In this document: positions 13,291 through 26,599 of the stretch, one piece after another
Numbering within the stretch: the first letter of the stretch is position 1
Layout: the number at the start of each line of letters is the position of its first letter
From: Stegostoma tigrinum
Taxonomy: Eukaryota
Length of the DNA stretch: 64,000 bases
Assembly (NCBI RefSeq): GCF_030684315.1
Contig: NC_081365.1
Span: forward strand, 77,166,127-77,230,126
Direction: 5' to 3'
Translations under genes and position numbers: made by a program
The notes under the pieces: model-generated
Database searches by the model: none
What the model was told of the DNA's origin: nothing
The model's input: the letters and a program-made list of their open reading frames with translations, nothing else

Positions 13291-13989
13291 TACACTAATT
13301 CAGTGTATTGCCCATTGTTATGAAGTAATATTTCTTTGGATTTGATCCAAGGCACATTTTGCAATGCATTTCTGACTTACTGCAGGCCAGAGCTGAACTG
13401 TTTCAACTACGTTGAAGTGAAATGAAATCCTGGGTTCCAGGAAGAAGTGCTGCATATCTTCAATATTTACTTTTATTGTAAAATTTAGAAGGACAGAGTA
13501 AGATGAGTAGAGTCTAAAATATAAGAAAGGACTGGTGTGGAAAGATCTAGGCTGGGAAATAGCCTATGTGAGAATGAACTAGTGTGAGAATAAATAAGTG
13601 TAGGAATTAGATAACATTTTAATATTCATTCAGGGGATGTACATGGGCCAGCATTTTTTTGCCCATCCCTAACCGCGCTTGAGAAGATAGCACTGATCTG
13701 CCGTCTTGAACCAATACAGTCGACATGGCATGGAGACCTCTGCAGTTCCATTTAACAACACTGAAGGAAGGTGATATATTTCCAAGTCAGGATGATGAGA
13801 GACATGGAAGGGACCTTACAGGTGTTCCCACCTATTTATTGCCCTACTCTTTCTGGACGGTAGTGGTTATGGGCTTGAAAGGTGCTGCCAGAGGACTCAT
13901 AGAGTCACAGTATGGAAACAGGCTCTTCGGCCCAACTTACCCATGCTGCCAGTTTTCACAGTTAAACTAGTCCCATTTGTGCAGCTGTT

Positions 13990-14855
13990 CTCAAATAATG
14001 ATGCAACATGGGCCACCCTCCAACCTTTGGGCATTTTACCTATGGCTGTCAATGATACAACTATCTCCACTAAGGGCTCTGTAATTTCCTCCCTAGCTTC
14101 CCGCAAAGTCCCGGGACACACTTCATCTGGTCCCGGGATCTTATGCACCTTAATGCGTATTAAGACTTCCATCATCTCCTCTTCTGTAATGTGTCTCTTT
14201 AAGACATTGCTATTTATTTCTCCAGGTTCTCAGCATCTATGGCCTTCTCCATGGTAAATCCTGACAAGAAATATTCTTTAGGATCTCACCTATCACTTGT
14301 GGCTCTGCACATAGATAACACTGTTGCACTTGGAGCATTGTGTACAGTTTTGGTCACTCTGTTATAAGACATAGTTAAACTAGAAAGTGTGGAAGGAAGA
14401 TTTACTAGGATGTTGCGAGGACTAGTAGATCTGAGTTACAGGGAGAGGCTGGCCAGGACAGGACTTCATTCCTTGGAACAAAGGAGAACGAGGGGTGACC
14501 TTATTGAGGTGTATAAAATCATGAGGGGCATAGATAGTTTGAAGGCATGTAGTCTTTTTCCCAGGGAAGGGAATTGAAAATCAGAGGGCTGGGTTTAAGG
14601 TGAGGGGATAGATTTAAGAAGGACCAAGGAGCAACTTCTTCACACAGAGAGTGGTGCATATGTGGAATGGGCTGGCAGACAAAGTGGGTGAGGCAGGAAC
14701 AAAAGCAACATTTAAAAAGCATTTGGATCGATATATGGATCAGGAGCATTTAGAGGGATATGGACCAAATGTGGACAATTGGAACTAGCTGAGTGTGCAG
14801 CATGGACCAGTTTGGGCCAAAGGGGCTGTTTCCATGCTGCATTACTCTATGACTC
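13990..14855. mobile_element. Two CR1 fragments in opposite orientation (minus ~13990-14320, plus ~14325-14855)
   Basis: Minus: KIPGPDEVCPGTLREAREEITEPL; plus: RFTRMLRGL..LSYRERL..RGDLIEVYKIMRGID. Confidence 0.75.
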
Positions 14856-14869
14856 AATTTCCCGCTGCC

Positions 14870-14874
<5 letters not shown>

Positions 14875-14919
<45 letters not shown>
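14875..14919. repeat. (TG)n microsatellite
   Basis: Perfect TG run of about 22 units. Confidence 0.95.
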
Positions 14920-14925
<6 letters not shown>

Positions 14926-15805
14926 GGTGTGGGTGCTATAGTACAATCAGAGTCATCTCCTCCTTTTTACTTCTCAGTTCTACACACACAGACTCAGTGG
15001 ACAAACACTCAAGAATGTCATCTGTCAGTACAGCCATGATGTTCTCCCTAATCAAAAATGCAATTCTCCCTCCTCTCTTGCCTCCCCTTCTATCCTTCCT
15101 ATAGCATCTATAACCCAGAACATTGAGATACCAGACCTGTCCCTCCCTGAGCTATGTTTCTGTGATAGCTGTACTATCCCAGTCCCGTGTACCCATCCAT
15201 GCCCGAGTTTATTTGCCTTACCTGCCAGTCCTCTTGCAATGAAATAAAGGACCCTTGTTGAATTTCTGCAGTGCGTCTTGTAGATAGTACACACTGCTGC
15301 TTTCGCCTGGATGATGTCAAGTTTTTTCTTTGAGTTGTACTCATCCAGGTAGGTGGGGAGTATTCCATCCATCACACTTCTGACTTGCGCCTTGTAGATA
15401 ATGGGCAGGCTTTGGGAAGTCAGGAGATGAGTTACTCTTTACGGTATTCCTAGCCTCTGACCTGCTGTCATAGCCACAGTACAGTTTCTGGTTGATGGTG
15501 AGGGATTCAGAGGTAGTAAAAGAATTGAATGTCAAGGGAAGCTGGTAACATTCTCTCTGGTTGGAGCTGGTCATTGCCTGGCTCTTGTGTGGTGCAAGTG
15601 CTGTTTATAGTCATCAGCCCAAGATTGAACAATCTTGAGGTCTTTTGGCTTGCGTGCATGAACAGCTTCAGTATCTCAAGCATCGCAAACGGTGCTGAAC
15701 CTCCCTGCTTCTGACTTTGTGACAGAGGGAAAGTCATTGATAAAGTTACTGCATTTTGTAGAGCCTAAGGAACCTCCTGTAGAGATGAGCTGGAGCTGGC
15801 ATGTG

Positions 15806-16083
15806 GGTCAGTGGTTAGCACTGCTGCCTCAAAGCACCAGGAACGCAGGTTCAACCCACCTTTGGGTGACTGTCTGTGTAGAGTTTGCACATTCTCCCCA
15901 TGTCTGCATGGGTTTCCGCCAGGTGCTCTGGTCTCCTCCCACAGTTTAAGGATGTTTAGGTTAGGTGGATTGGCCATGGGAAATGCAGGGATAAAATAGG
16001 GGGCATGTGGGTTGGATGCTCTTTGGAGAGTTGTTGTGGACTTGTTGGGCTGAATGGCCTGTTTCCACACTGTAGGGATTCTT
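15806..16083 (+). mobile_element. HE1-like V-SINE
   Basis: cagtggttagcactgctgcctc head, gagtttgcacattctcccc core, ctgtagggattct tail. Confidence 0.8.
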
Positions 16084-17100
16084 TGAAATGACTGTTTAGC
16101 CCAGGGAAATCAATCTTTGTGCAACGAATGATTCTGGAGAATGAGGTGAATTATGTGCATTAAGTGTCATTAGGACAATATGAAGGGGTAGTGATCGTTG
16201 TGTGATTGATGTCAAAAAGCTCCAGACATAGATGAAGTAAAAACAGAACATCTGAAAGCTTTGGAGAAACAGAATTCGAACTGGTAAGGGAAATTTGTGA
16301 TCAAAAATATGGTAAAAGAATACATTGCAAGTGATTTGAAATACACATTTGTCAAGGCAATCTCAAAATCTCAAGGCAACGGAGTGCAATCATTTCAGCT
16401 TATGAGTCATCTTATTAAAATGATCTTTAAAACATAATAAAGAGGAATAATATTACTTCTTGAAACAGAAATTGGTGTCTGACGAACAGGTGCACAATAC
16501 AAGGTTGACCGAGCGACCAGAAACAAAATATCTACTGCGTGGTTGTTTGCAAACAGGGGAAGAAGGTATACAGCAGAGCTTCCCAGTGACTGGATTAAGG
16601 ATCTCTCCTTTTTTCTGATAAATATTACGACCTGAGTAAGCACAGGACAGAATTTAGATACAACTGATTGCACAAAACTCGGGTGCATTGTGAACTGTGA
16701 GTAGAATAATCATAAGCTTCAAGAGGACATAGGCAAACATGAGAACAAATGAAATGTAACAGTGAAACATGAAGTGATACATTGTGGTGGGAGGAATGAG
16801 GAAAGGCAGTATGAAGTAATTGCTCTTATTTTATAGGCTGTGCAGGAACGGAGGGACTGGGCTACTGTGCACGAATCATAGTAGATGGAGGATTTAGTTA
16901 AGAAGGAATACATGTCCCTGGGCTTTATGCACATGGTATTAAAAGAAGAGAAGCAAAATGGTTCTGATGAAACTTTATAAAGTTTAACATTGTGTCCAAT
17001 TTTGGGAACTGCACTTTTGGAAGAATGTGAAGGCCTTCAAGAGAGTGCAGCGAAGATCCAGAATGGTTCCAGAGATGAGGAACTGCAGTTGCGAAGATAG

Positions 17101-17666
17101 ATACCAACGGCTCTACTTCCTCAGAAGGCTAAGGAAACTGGGCATTTCCATAAGAATTCTGACCAACTATTACAGATGCACCATAGAAAGCACTCTATCC
17201 AGATGCATCACAGTTCGGTACAGCAACTGCTCTGCCCAGGACTGTAAGGAACATGGCCCAGTCCATCTCACAAACCAACCCTCCATCCATTGACTCCTCC
17301 TATACTTCTCGCTACCTTGGAAAGGCAGCCAATATAATCCAGACCCCTCCCACCCCAGTCATAATCTCTTCCAACATCTTCCGTCAGACAAAAGATACAA
17401 AAGCTTAAACACACATACCAACGGATTCAAGAACTGCTTCTCCTACATTGTTATTAGACTTCTGGGTGGACATCTCAAATTTTAAATTGAATGTTGATCT
17501 CACTTTTTGTGCACCTTCTCTGTAGCCGTAACATTGTATTTCCCATTTGCTTCTATTACCTTTATATGCTTTGGATGGCATGATCTGCCAGCATTGCTCG
17601 CAAAACAAACCTTTTCACTGTACCTAGGTACACATGACAATAATAAATCAAATGAAATCAAATCAA
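17101..17666 (+). mobile_element. Rex1/Babar-type LINE 3' end inserted in a CR1 fragment
   Basis: QRLYFLRRLRKLG..ILTNYYRCTIESTLSRCITVRYSNCSAQD is typical of the Rex1 RT C-terminus; tail aataaatcaaatgaaatcaaatcaaa. Confidence 0.75.
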
Positions 17667-18892
17667 AAGATTTAGTTGAGGTGTTCAAATTTGGGAGGGG
17701 TCTAGACTGAGAGGATAGAAATTGTTCCCACAGCAATTGAGAATCAAACAGCACTGATTTCAACTTAGAGAATACCATTTATTTTTCTTTCTCTCTGCTA
17801 AGGAAGATCTTTATGGAATGTAACTAAGAGTTGAAAACCTTTTCAATTGAAGGAATGATTTTCAGGTTCACAAGTCCGACTTTAAGTCAGGACATCCTGT
17901 CAATGGCTAAGGAATCAAAGGTGGCATGAAAAAAACCTTAAGTGTGCTGCCTGGGGATGGGCTGAAGGCTGATTCAACCACGGCCTTCAGAAGAAAATTG
18001 CAAAATTGTAGCAGAGATACAGGAAAAGGCAGGAGAGTGAGGCAAGCTCTTGTAAACAAGTGTCACAGAAACAATAGGCCAATGACCTCCTTCTGTGCTG
18101 TAATTTTTTTCAGTAATTCTACTCTCTCAGTGTGGCAATCAAGATCAGCGCAATTTAGAGGGAAGGCTGCAACTGGGTTCAAACGGAAGAAGGAACGAGG
18201 GAGGAGATTAGCAGAGGAGTTGGTAGAGATGGGGTCGGAAAATGTGGTGGATGATGAAGGTGGGGATGGGACATTAAGAGATGGTGATACCAGGGAGATA
18301 GGTGAGTGGGAGAGGGGTGAATGAAGAGGAAAGGAAAGAGAGTTTGGGAAGGCAGAGGGACACATGGCACAGGGCAAGAGGGAGAAAGGGGATAATAATG
18401 AGGAGGTGAAAAACAAATTCGGTGACATTCAAGTACGACATTTCCATATGTGAGAGAGACAGGCACTGCAGTAAAATGTCTATGTCCTTAAATGGAGTTT
18501 GCATGGATGCTGCCGACCCACATCACTTGTGCAATATAGTTGGCACATGAGTGTTTATATATGTATGCGTGCAATACACTTATACGTCACAGTACAGAGC
18601 TAACATTGAAGGATATTTAGACAGAAATCTTGGCACATTGCACTAAAGTACATCATCCAAAACAAAAGCAAAAATCTGAAAGTAATAGCAGTAAATTTGA
18701 AATCTGAAGTAAAAATAGAAAGTGCTGGAGAAACTCAGCAGGTCTGGTACCATCCAGCGGACAGGGAGAAATAGAGTAAACATTTCATTCATCATCTACA
18801 ACCTCATCTATAATCTCGCAGGGAACAACTACTGATATAAATATACAGAAAACAAATAAACCATCAGACGAAACTCTCCCTTAGGCTTGCGT

Positions 18893-19054
18893 TCATTTTT
18901 GGATGTCCAGGTGAAAGATCACTCTTCCTTCAAATTTCTCATAGGGGTTGTCATTAATGATTCCTGGTCCATTAATCTTGCACTGAATTTCAAAGTGTCT
19001 GTTCTTTTTCAGACTCAGGAACTTGACTGCAACTAAAGGATTGGTGTAGTTGGG
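18893..19054 (-). CDS. ATP4B: H+/K+-ATPase beta-like, exon 7 (last): PNYTNPLVAVKF...FEGRVIFHLDIQK*
   Basis: Acceptor ttcttacag|CCC, phase 0; X,K-ATPase beta C-terminus; TGA stop at 18893-18895. Confidence 0.9.
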   Translation of the reverse strand, partial: PNYTNPLVAVKFLSLKKNRHFEIQCKINGPGIINDNPYEKFEGRVIFHLDIQK

Positions 19055-19148
19055 CTGTAAGAAACAACATTGCTCATTATATTTGATTGTTGAAGGGCAG
19101 GAGGAAAAGCATCCACAAATCTTTACAAGATTGATAGAAACTCCATAC

Positions 19149-19244
19149 CTGAGGCTGTCTCCCATAGTAAGGAAAATACGACAGGTCAAAAGTACCATTG
19201 TCAGGATAAAAGACCACATCTCCAATGCTCTCTGGGTAGGCGTG
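19149..19244 (-). CDS. ATP4B: H+/K+-ATPase beta-like, exon 6: HAYPESIGDVVFYPDNGTFDLSYFPYYGRQPQ
   Basis: tgacag|CAC ... CAG|gtatgg; conserved YFPYYG motif; 96 nt, phase 0/0. Confidence 0.92.
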
Positions 19245-21264
19245 CTGTCATTAGAGAACAGAAACTTTTGATTTACATGCCTTATACTGCAAATTGATTG
19301 ATTACAATTTGAAAAACTCATTTCTGAGGTATTAGATTTACGTAGAGTCATAGAGTTGTACAGCATGGAAACAGACCCTTTGGTTCAATTCACACATGCT
19401 GATCAGATGTCCTAAACTATTCTAGTCCCATCTGTCAGCATTTAGCCCATAATCCTCTATATCCTCCCTTATTCATGTACCCATGCATTTGCCCTTTAAA
19501 TGTTGTAATTGTACCAACCTCCACCACCTCTCCTGGCAGCATATCCCACACTTACACACCATGGTCTGTGTGAAAATGTTATCTCTTGGGTCCCTTTTAA
19601 ATCTTTCCCCTCTCACCATAAGCCCATGCCCTCGAGTTTTGGAGTCCCCTACCCTGGGAAAAAGACCTTGGCTTTCCATCCCTGATCAGATGGACCAATG
19701 AATGGCAGATGGAGTTTAATTTAGAAGTATAGGAGTTGGGATGTCATGTTGCAGCTGTACAAGATATTGGCTAGGCTGCTTTTGGAACACTGCTTTCAAT
19801 TATGGACTCTCTTGTATCGGAAAGATGTTGTTAAACTTGAAAGGGTTCTGAAAACATATAAAAGGATATTGCTGGGTTTAGAGGGTTTGAGCTATAGGGA
19901 GAGGCTGAATAGGCTGGGGCTTTTTTCCGTGGAGCATCAAAGACTGTGGGGTGTCAAAGCAGTTTATTATTCCCTTGTGCAATGCTATAGAAATTTGGCC
20001 AGTGTTCTTTGATGCAAGCAGTATGTCCTCAACTGTAAACTGGTCCCATATATTGGATGGGAGCATGCTCACTGGGGGGATGGAACCAAGTAGCAGCTGA
20101 CAGAAAACAGAATGGAACTCACTTCACAAATAGTGGCGTTGGATTCAAAGCTATTCAGAACATTTATAAAGTTCTGGTTAGGTTTTCAACAAGAGTCTCC
20201 GTCCACATTTTTGAAAGGGCGTGAGGGGTCCTCAAGACGGCACAGATTGGAATGACCAAAGAGGTTTGGGGATGAAAGATTTTAGTGACGAGGTTAGGTT
20301 AGATAAACTGGGGTTCTTTTCCTCAGTGCTAAAGAGATTACGGAGACTTAGTTAAGGTGTAAAAGATTAGGACAGGGTTTGGATAAGGTAACAGAGAAAA
20401 GCTGCTTCAGTTAACTTATAGAACAAGGACTAGAAGACATATATTTAAGGTCTTAGGCAAGTTATAAGGTAAATGAGAGAAGAACATTTATTTTACTCAA
20501 TGACCTGGAACTCTGTGTAAGTGAAGGTAGTGGAGGTGGACACTTTGAAGATTCCATAAGCATTTAGACGGACTCTTGAGGAAAATAAATTTGCAGGGCT
20601 CTAGGTACGGAGTGAGGGAGTGGGACTGACTGGATTGCTGTATAAAAGGCCAGCATAACCTCAAATGAGCAAAATGCCTTCTTTCTTTGCCATCATCACT
20701 CTATGACTAATGCATGAAACTCTTTGAAGTTGAGGAACTGGTCAAAGGCAAATTCTTGGAGTGAAACAATTTCTCTGATCCTTAGCAAATGTCCAGATAA
20801 TAAGAGCAAGGTCACTGAAGTAGCCAGGGATATTGCTTCTGCAACAATAGCCTACAGAGGTTTTCAGCAGCAAGTTCATTAATCACAATGTAGCGAGATC
20901 TCGGTAAGTAACTAACAAACCGCTGGCTGTCCTTAATGAACAGCAACACCAAAAAATGCAAGTGTTGCAGGGACGTGGGGTGAGTTGGACTGGCTGGACC
21001 TCGACTTGACTGAGAATTGAGATTGCATCAGGCCTAGTGATTATAGCAGTCCGAATAGGTCATGCTTTGCTGGGAGACAGTTACAACGTGAGCAACTTAT
21101 CATCGCTTCCAATGCATCAGCTCAACCTTCAGAGGAAATTAATGTTTGACAACCAGGATCACCAGACTTTAGTGGGAAGAATCAGAAAGCTCCTGGGAAA
21201 ATAAGAATCTGAATGTGGCAGGACGGCCAACAGATCTTATGGTACAGATTTACAAATCATAAAC

Positions 21265-21520
21265 ACGGTGGCTCAGTGGTTAGCACTGATGTCTCATTGT
21301 GCCAGGGACCCAGGTTCGATTCCAGCCTCATTCTCCCCATGTCTGCGTGGGTTTTCTCCGGTTTCCTCCCACAGTCCAAAGATGTGCAGGCTAGGTGGAT
21401 TGGCGATGCTAAATTGCCCGTAGTGTTCAGGGGTGTGTAGATTAGGTAGGTTATAGGTGGATGGGTCTGGGTGGAATGCACTGAGGGTCTGTGTGGGCTT
21501 GTTGGGCCAAAGGGAATCTA
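21265..21520 (+). mobile_element. HE1-like V-SINE
   Basis: cggtggctcagtggttagcact...ggttcgattcc...ggtttcctcccacagtccaaagatgtgcagg. Confidence 0.8.
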
Positions 21521-21936
21521 TGATGACTCTATGATAAACTGTAGCAGCGTCAACTAACAAGACCATATTGAGAGAAAACAGCCCTCTCCCATTTCTAGAG
21601 GAAGAGAACTGAAAAACAGAGGTGTGATAAGTGTGAGATTGAAACTGCATTTGACTGAGTCTGGCTTTAAAGTACCCTACAAAACTGGAGCCAATGGGAA
21701 TCAGGGTAAAACTCTCCGTTGGTTGGAGTCATACATTGGTTTAAGTAGCCCAGAAGCATTTAGAGGACTCCATCAAGACCCCCCAGAAGTGGCAGCAGGA
21801 ATCTCACAAGGAAACAAGATCTAATAATGCTGAGCTGTGAAGTGAAAGCATCTCTCTGGAATAATAGCACCCTCTAAATTACTGTATCAAATCCATAACT
21901 CTTGGTGGACAAATGCTCCCTGACTATGGCACTCAC

Positions 21937-21993
21937 CAGAACACCACATGTAACATTTGGGGTGGTTCCATTTCCAGGCAAATAGTTGATAAT
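21937..21993 (-). CDS. ATP4B: H+/K+-ATPase beta-like, exon 5: IINYLPGNGTTPNVTCGVL
   Basis: actttcag|ATT ... CTG|gtgagt; 57 nt, homologous to ATP4B IVKFLPSNGSAPRVDCAFL. Confidence 0.88.
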
Positions 21994-22316
21994 CTGAAAG
22001 TTCAATAAAAAAAAGTTAGTTCAGCTTCATTGTGTTTAGATCATCATTGAGCTGTGTCAAATTTCAGATGGTCCAGCTACTTAATCTGGCCACTTAGGGA
22101 CCGTGTGCTCCTGAGATGCTGCTTGGCCTGCTGTGTTCATCCAGCCTCACATTTTATTAACTTAGGGACCATGGTTCAATTGACATTGCTTTACCCTTTA
22201 TGTCGAAGGAGTCAGAATCATAGTATATTCAAGGAGACCCTTCAGCCCATTGCACCTGTTGTGATGATACTATGGCTTTTAGAGGTGTATTTGGTCCTGG
22301 TATCTTTCTAAGAAAA

Positions 22317-23193
22317 GTTATGACAGAGGTACCAGACAGTCTGCTCCAAAGTCAATAAAGTAAACCGCTCTGTGAGGCCTTGTGTTTGTTTTATTTTTGA
22401 AAGTTGAAACAGTAGAAGCAGCCTGATTGGGTGGGGGAGAGCTCCCTTAGAACCAGGATTTTCAGTTTTCATTTTTAGTGGCAGTTGCTGGGGTCTTGAA
22501 GCTGGATGTGGAAGCTATTTTTCTTCTCTCTGTTACAACTATAAGCTGGGGTTCTCTTCTTAACTGTTAGAATTGCATGTGAGACAATCTATTTTACTGA
22601 ATTTGCCTTTGCCAAGGGTGTATTTATGGGATGTTACTTTATTAGAACAGTTACTGGTTGGTAGTTGTACAATCTATTATTCTGTTGAGTTTTTCCAATT
22701 TTGTTTTTCTTTATTTGTTCACAGGATATGGGCAGCATTTATTGCCCATCCGGGTTTGGAGTCATATGTAGGCCAGACCAGGTAAAGATGGCAGTTTCCT
22801 TCCTTAACGGACATTAGTGAATGAGACGGGTTTTTTTTAAGCATCGACAATGGATTCATCATCCTCATTAGACTCTTATTTTTAGATATTTAATTGGACT
22901 CAAATTCCACCATCTGCCACAGTGGGTTTCGAACCCCGGTCTCAGAACATTATTTGGGTCTCTGGGTTAACAGTCTAATGATAATACCACTAGGCTATCA
23001 CATCTTCAATAAATTGAGTTAAATTATTCCAATTTCTTCTTTCTTTTATGTGTATTTTAACTATAGTGTGTGAATAAAGTGTGTTCTGCTTCAAGGCTGG
23101 TCTGGAATGCAACACCTGGCACTTGCCTTTAAATTAAATAAAGGTTAGGGTATAGGCTATATATTTTGAGGGAGTTTGGTCTGATCCACAACA
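22317..23193 (+). mobile_element. Possible solo LTR interrupted by a SINE
   Basis: Starts gttatga, ends cacaaca, internal aataaa; partly similar in reverse to 2085-2578. Confidence 0.35.
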
Positions 23194-24910
23194 CTGTGAC
23201 CACTTACTATACCACTTTTCAAATAATTCCTCTTTAGGTAATAACTCAATTCTCTTTTGAAAGCTACAACTGGCCTGCCTCAGCCACACATTCTCAGCGA
23301 GTGCACGTTCCAGACAGTAACTACTTACCATACACTTCCCTCTATCAAACCTTCTCCTAACCTTCTCTTCAATGAAACCAGCCCCAACTTTTCTGGCTGA
23401 TCCATAAACAATTGAGCTTCCTCTTCCTTTTAACCATTCCCATGAATCTTTATGGCACCCTGTCCAATGCTTTCACATTCTTTTCAAAATTTTATGCCCA
23501 GAACTGGATGCAATATTCTATTGTGGCCAAATCATGCTCTTCTGTGAGTTTATCATAACTTCACTGTTATTGCAGCCTGCGTCCATATTTATAAAACCCA
23601 GGAGACTTTAAATGTTATTAATCACTTTCTCAATCTGCCTTGTCACTCACATTTCTTCATCCTGTTTATTTTGTATCCTGTCTACTTGTTCTTGCAACAA
23701 AATCAAGAACTTCACGCTTCCCTATATTACATTATACACCATATTCAAGAATTGCAGCTTCCCTACTCTTATCACACTTTTTAATTGACCTCTTTAACAT
23801 TAATGTTGATCTCTCTCTGCACCTTCTCAGCAGCTGTAACTTTGTATCCTGCACTCTGCTCTGTTACCCTTTTGCACTCGCATAGTAAGATCTGCTTGGA
23901 AAGCATGTAAGACAACACTTCTCACTGTACTGCAGCACACATAGGAATAAGAAATCAAATCAACTATTAAATTGAATTTGCCACATGAACACCTATTCCA
24001 CCAGCCGGTCAATGAAGCCCTTTTGAAATTGATGCCTATCTTCCTTATAGTTCACAGTTTGTGTTATCTGCAAATTTTGAAATAGTGCACCATTTACCCA
24101 GTCTAAGTCTGAGATCAAGATAAAAACAGAGAGGTAACACCAGTACACCAGTGACAATTTAGCATTTCTCCAGTCTAAAATAACAACCCACTCAACACTG
24201 GAGGAGAGGCAATGGCCTAGTGGTATTATCCAGAAATGTTTTGGATCTGGTGACCCTTCCCTCGTTCTGAGCCATCACTCACCATTGTATTCAGATCTGG
24301 TTGGAGACTGGGAAGCATTTAGAGGACTCCATCAAGGCCTCCCTGCTCTTTCTTGACTGCCTGGTATTGACCCTTGCCCCCTGTGCCAGCAAACTGTTCA
24401 ACTGTGAGGAGTAAGCTCATCTCTAAATGGGAGATCAGTGGCACCCCCCCTCCAGAGACGAGAGCCCAGTGCAGTGCAAGGGAAACGAGTCCTGGAACAG
24501 CATGAGGGGAAGTGAGTTCCGGAGCAGTGCTACTTACCTTGGTGCAGCTGAGTGCCAGTGCTGTGTGTGCCGGAGGCTTGGAACGGAGCAGGACAATTGT
24601 TGGACTGGGGTCTGGCACAAGCTGTCAGACTACACACTGGTCTGCTGCTGTTTGAAGTTCTTTACCAGGCTCAATTGTGAATCCTTTATCTATGTTACAA
24701 CTATCTTGTTTCTAACTTAATTTTTAGATGCTGTAAGTAATGCTACTACTTTACTTTTTATTCCTCTTTTGTTTCCGAGATACATACCAAGGTAGTTATA
24801 TCTCTGAGGGTGCTATTAAAAGCAGCCGTTGTAAAGACTTTTCATTGGATTCCCATTCTTCCGTACTGGAGTACACGTGACTATAAAGGATATCCTATTC
24901 TATTCTATAT

Positions 24911-25096
24911 CAAGGCTGAAACTCCAGTAAGTCCTGAGGGAGTGCTGCACTGTCTGACATACCATCTAGCAGGCGAGATATTAAAACAAGGCCCTGTCTT
25001 GAGTGGAAAAAAATCCAGCAACAATTTCTAAAGTAGAAGTCGAGAGATGTCCTCAGTGGTCCCAGTCAATATTTATCCCTCAATCACACCACTAAA
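24911..25096 (+). mobile_element. Deu-domain-type SINE fragment (3' part probably resumes ~25925-26080 after nested insertions)
   Basis: tgagggagtgctgcactgtc...gagatattaaa...aatatttatccctcaatca..cactaaa matches the Deu-SINE core as I recall it. Confidence 0.5.
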
Positions 25097-25645
25097 GTAA
25101 TGGAGTATTACTGCACAGCATGAAGTCTGTTGGCTCAGCCTGTCCACCCTGATCATCAGTACTCATCTATTCTGATCCCATTTCTCAGCACTTGTACCTT
25201 GAAGCTTCTTAAATGTCTTCCCACTTTTAACACTCTTTCAGGCAGCTAGGTCAAGGTAGCCACCACCCTCTGAGTGAAAGTGTCCCTAACTCCCCTCTAA
25301 ACATCCTATCCCATTCCTTAAATCTATGGCCCTGTAATAAGGGGAAACATTTGTTCCTATCAATACAATCAATGCCCCTCATACTACGGTAGACCTCAAT
25401 CATGAGCCTTCTCAATCTTCTCTACTCTAAGAAAAACAGCGTACGTAATCTCTCCTTGCAACTGAATCACTCCATCCTGGGTAACATCCTGGTGAATGCC
25501 CTCCGTACCTCTCTACAGCAATCACATACTTCCTGTGGTATGGTGACCAGGACAGCACACAAGTCTCCAAATGTGGCCTCACTAACAGCTCCATCATAAC
25601 ATCCTCACTCTTGTATTCAAAACATCTTGACAACATAAATCCTTT

Positions 25646-25920
25646 GAATCATAGAAACCCTACAGTGTGGAAAGAAGCCATTTGGCCCATCATGTCCGCG
25701 CCAATATTCCAAACAGCATCCCAGCCCTGACGAGACTGCACATCCCCTGGACACCACAGGCGATTTAGTCTGGAGAATCCACCCTAAACTGCACATTTTT
25801 GGACTGCCAAACCCATGCAGACACAGGGAGAATGTGCAAACTCCATACAGACGGTCACCCAAGGCTGGGATCAAACCCAGCTCCCTGGCACTACAAGGCA
25901 GCAGTGCTAACCACTGGGTC
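25646..25920 (-). mobile_element. HE1-like V-SINE
   Basis: Reverse strand cagtggttagcactgctgcc..ggagtttgcacattctccc. Confidence 0.75.
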
Positions 25921-26099
25921 ACTTTTGCTCACTTACCTTATTGCTGTCCATGTAAGCTTGCCATGGTTACATTAGCTACCAGGTTTCCTACACTGTGACT
26001 GTGACTGTGACTGCAATTCCAAAATGCTCAAGCGGATATGCAGTGCCTAGTGACAGCTTGACCCTTTGAAAGGTACTAGGTAAGCGAAAGCAGACATAC

Positions 26100-26296
26100 C
26101 CGATTCATGCGGATTAAGATGCAGGGCTGGCCAGCTTTGTATCCGAAAGTGGGGTCTTCGAGCCCAGAACAGTTCTTCAGCATCTCTCGAGTAAATTGGC
26201 AAGCGTACTTGGAATTCGGTCCATATCCTGATTGGATGGTATAGTTACCCATGCTGCAGTTCCGGCTCGTTTTGGCCTGGATAGATTCATTATAGG
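26100..26296 (-). CDS. ATP4B: H+/K+-ATPase beta-like, exon 4: (A)YNESIQAKTSRNCSMGNYTIQSGYGPNSKYACQFTREMLKNCSGLEDPTFGYKAGQPCILIRMNR
   Basis: ctttcag|CC ... CGG|gtatg; 197 nt, phase 1/0; CSGL.DP.FGY..G.PC...MNR beta-subunit signature. Confidence 0.93.
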
Positions 26297-26599
26297 CTGA
26301 AAGGTGGGAAGACAGGGGTCAGAGCTAGAGAAGATGATTCGGTGGTCAGCAGATACAGCCAGAGAGTAGTAAAGATGTACAGCATGGAGAACACCCTTCG
26401 GCCCAACTCGTACTTGCTGACCAGATATCCTAAATTAATATATTCCCATTTGCCAGCATTTGGCCCATATTCCTCTAAACTCTTCCTATACATATGCCGA
26501 TCCAGATGACTTTTAAATGTTGTAATAGTACCAGCTTCCATCACTTCGTCTGGCAGCTCATTCCATACACACCCTCCACTATTCCATACACACCCTCAC

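Noticed and set aside
17926-18504. Several 75-130-aa ORFs in a purine-rich stretch
   Set aside because: Low-complexity GA-rich sequence with no protein motifs; probably 3' flank of the ATP4B-like gene.
18893-19366. 157-aa ORF as a single-exon gene
   Set aside because: It reads through introns; only the last 53 codons are in the real frame, and exon 6 is in another frame.
24537-24600. Candidate ATP4B exon 5 (IVLLRSKPPAHTALALSCTK followed by gtaagt)
   Set aside because: No in-phase acceptor and poor homology; the exon at 21937-21993 fits in size, phase and sequence.
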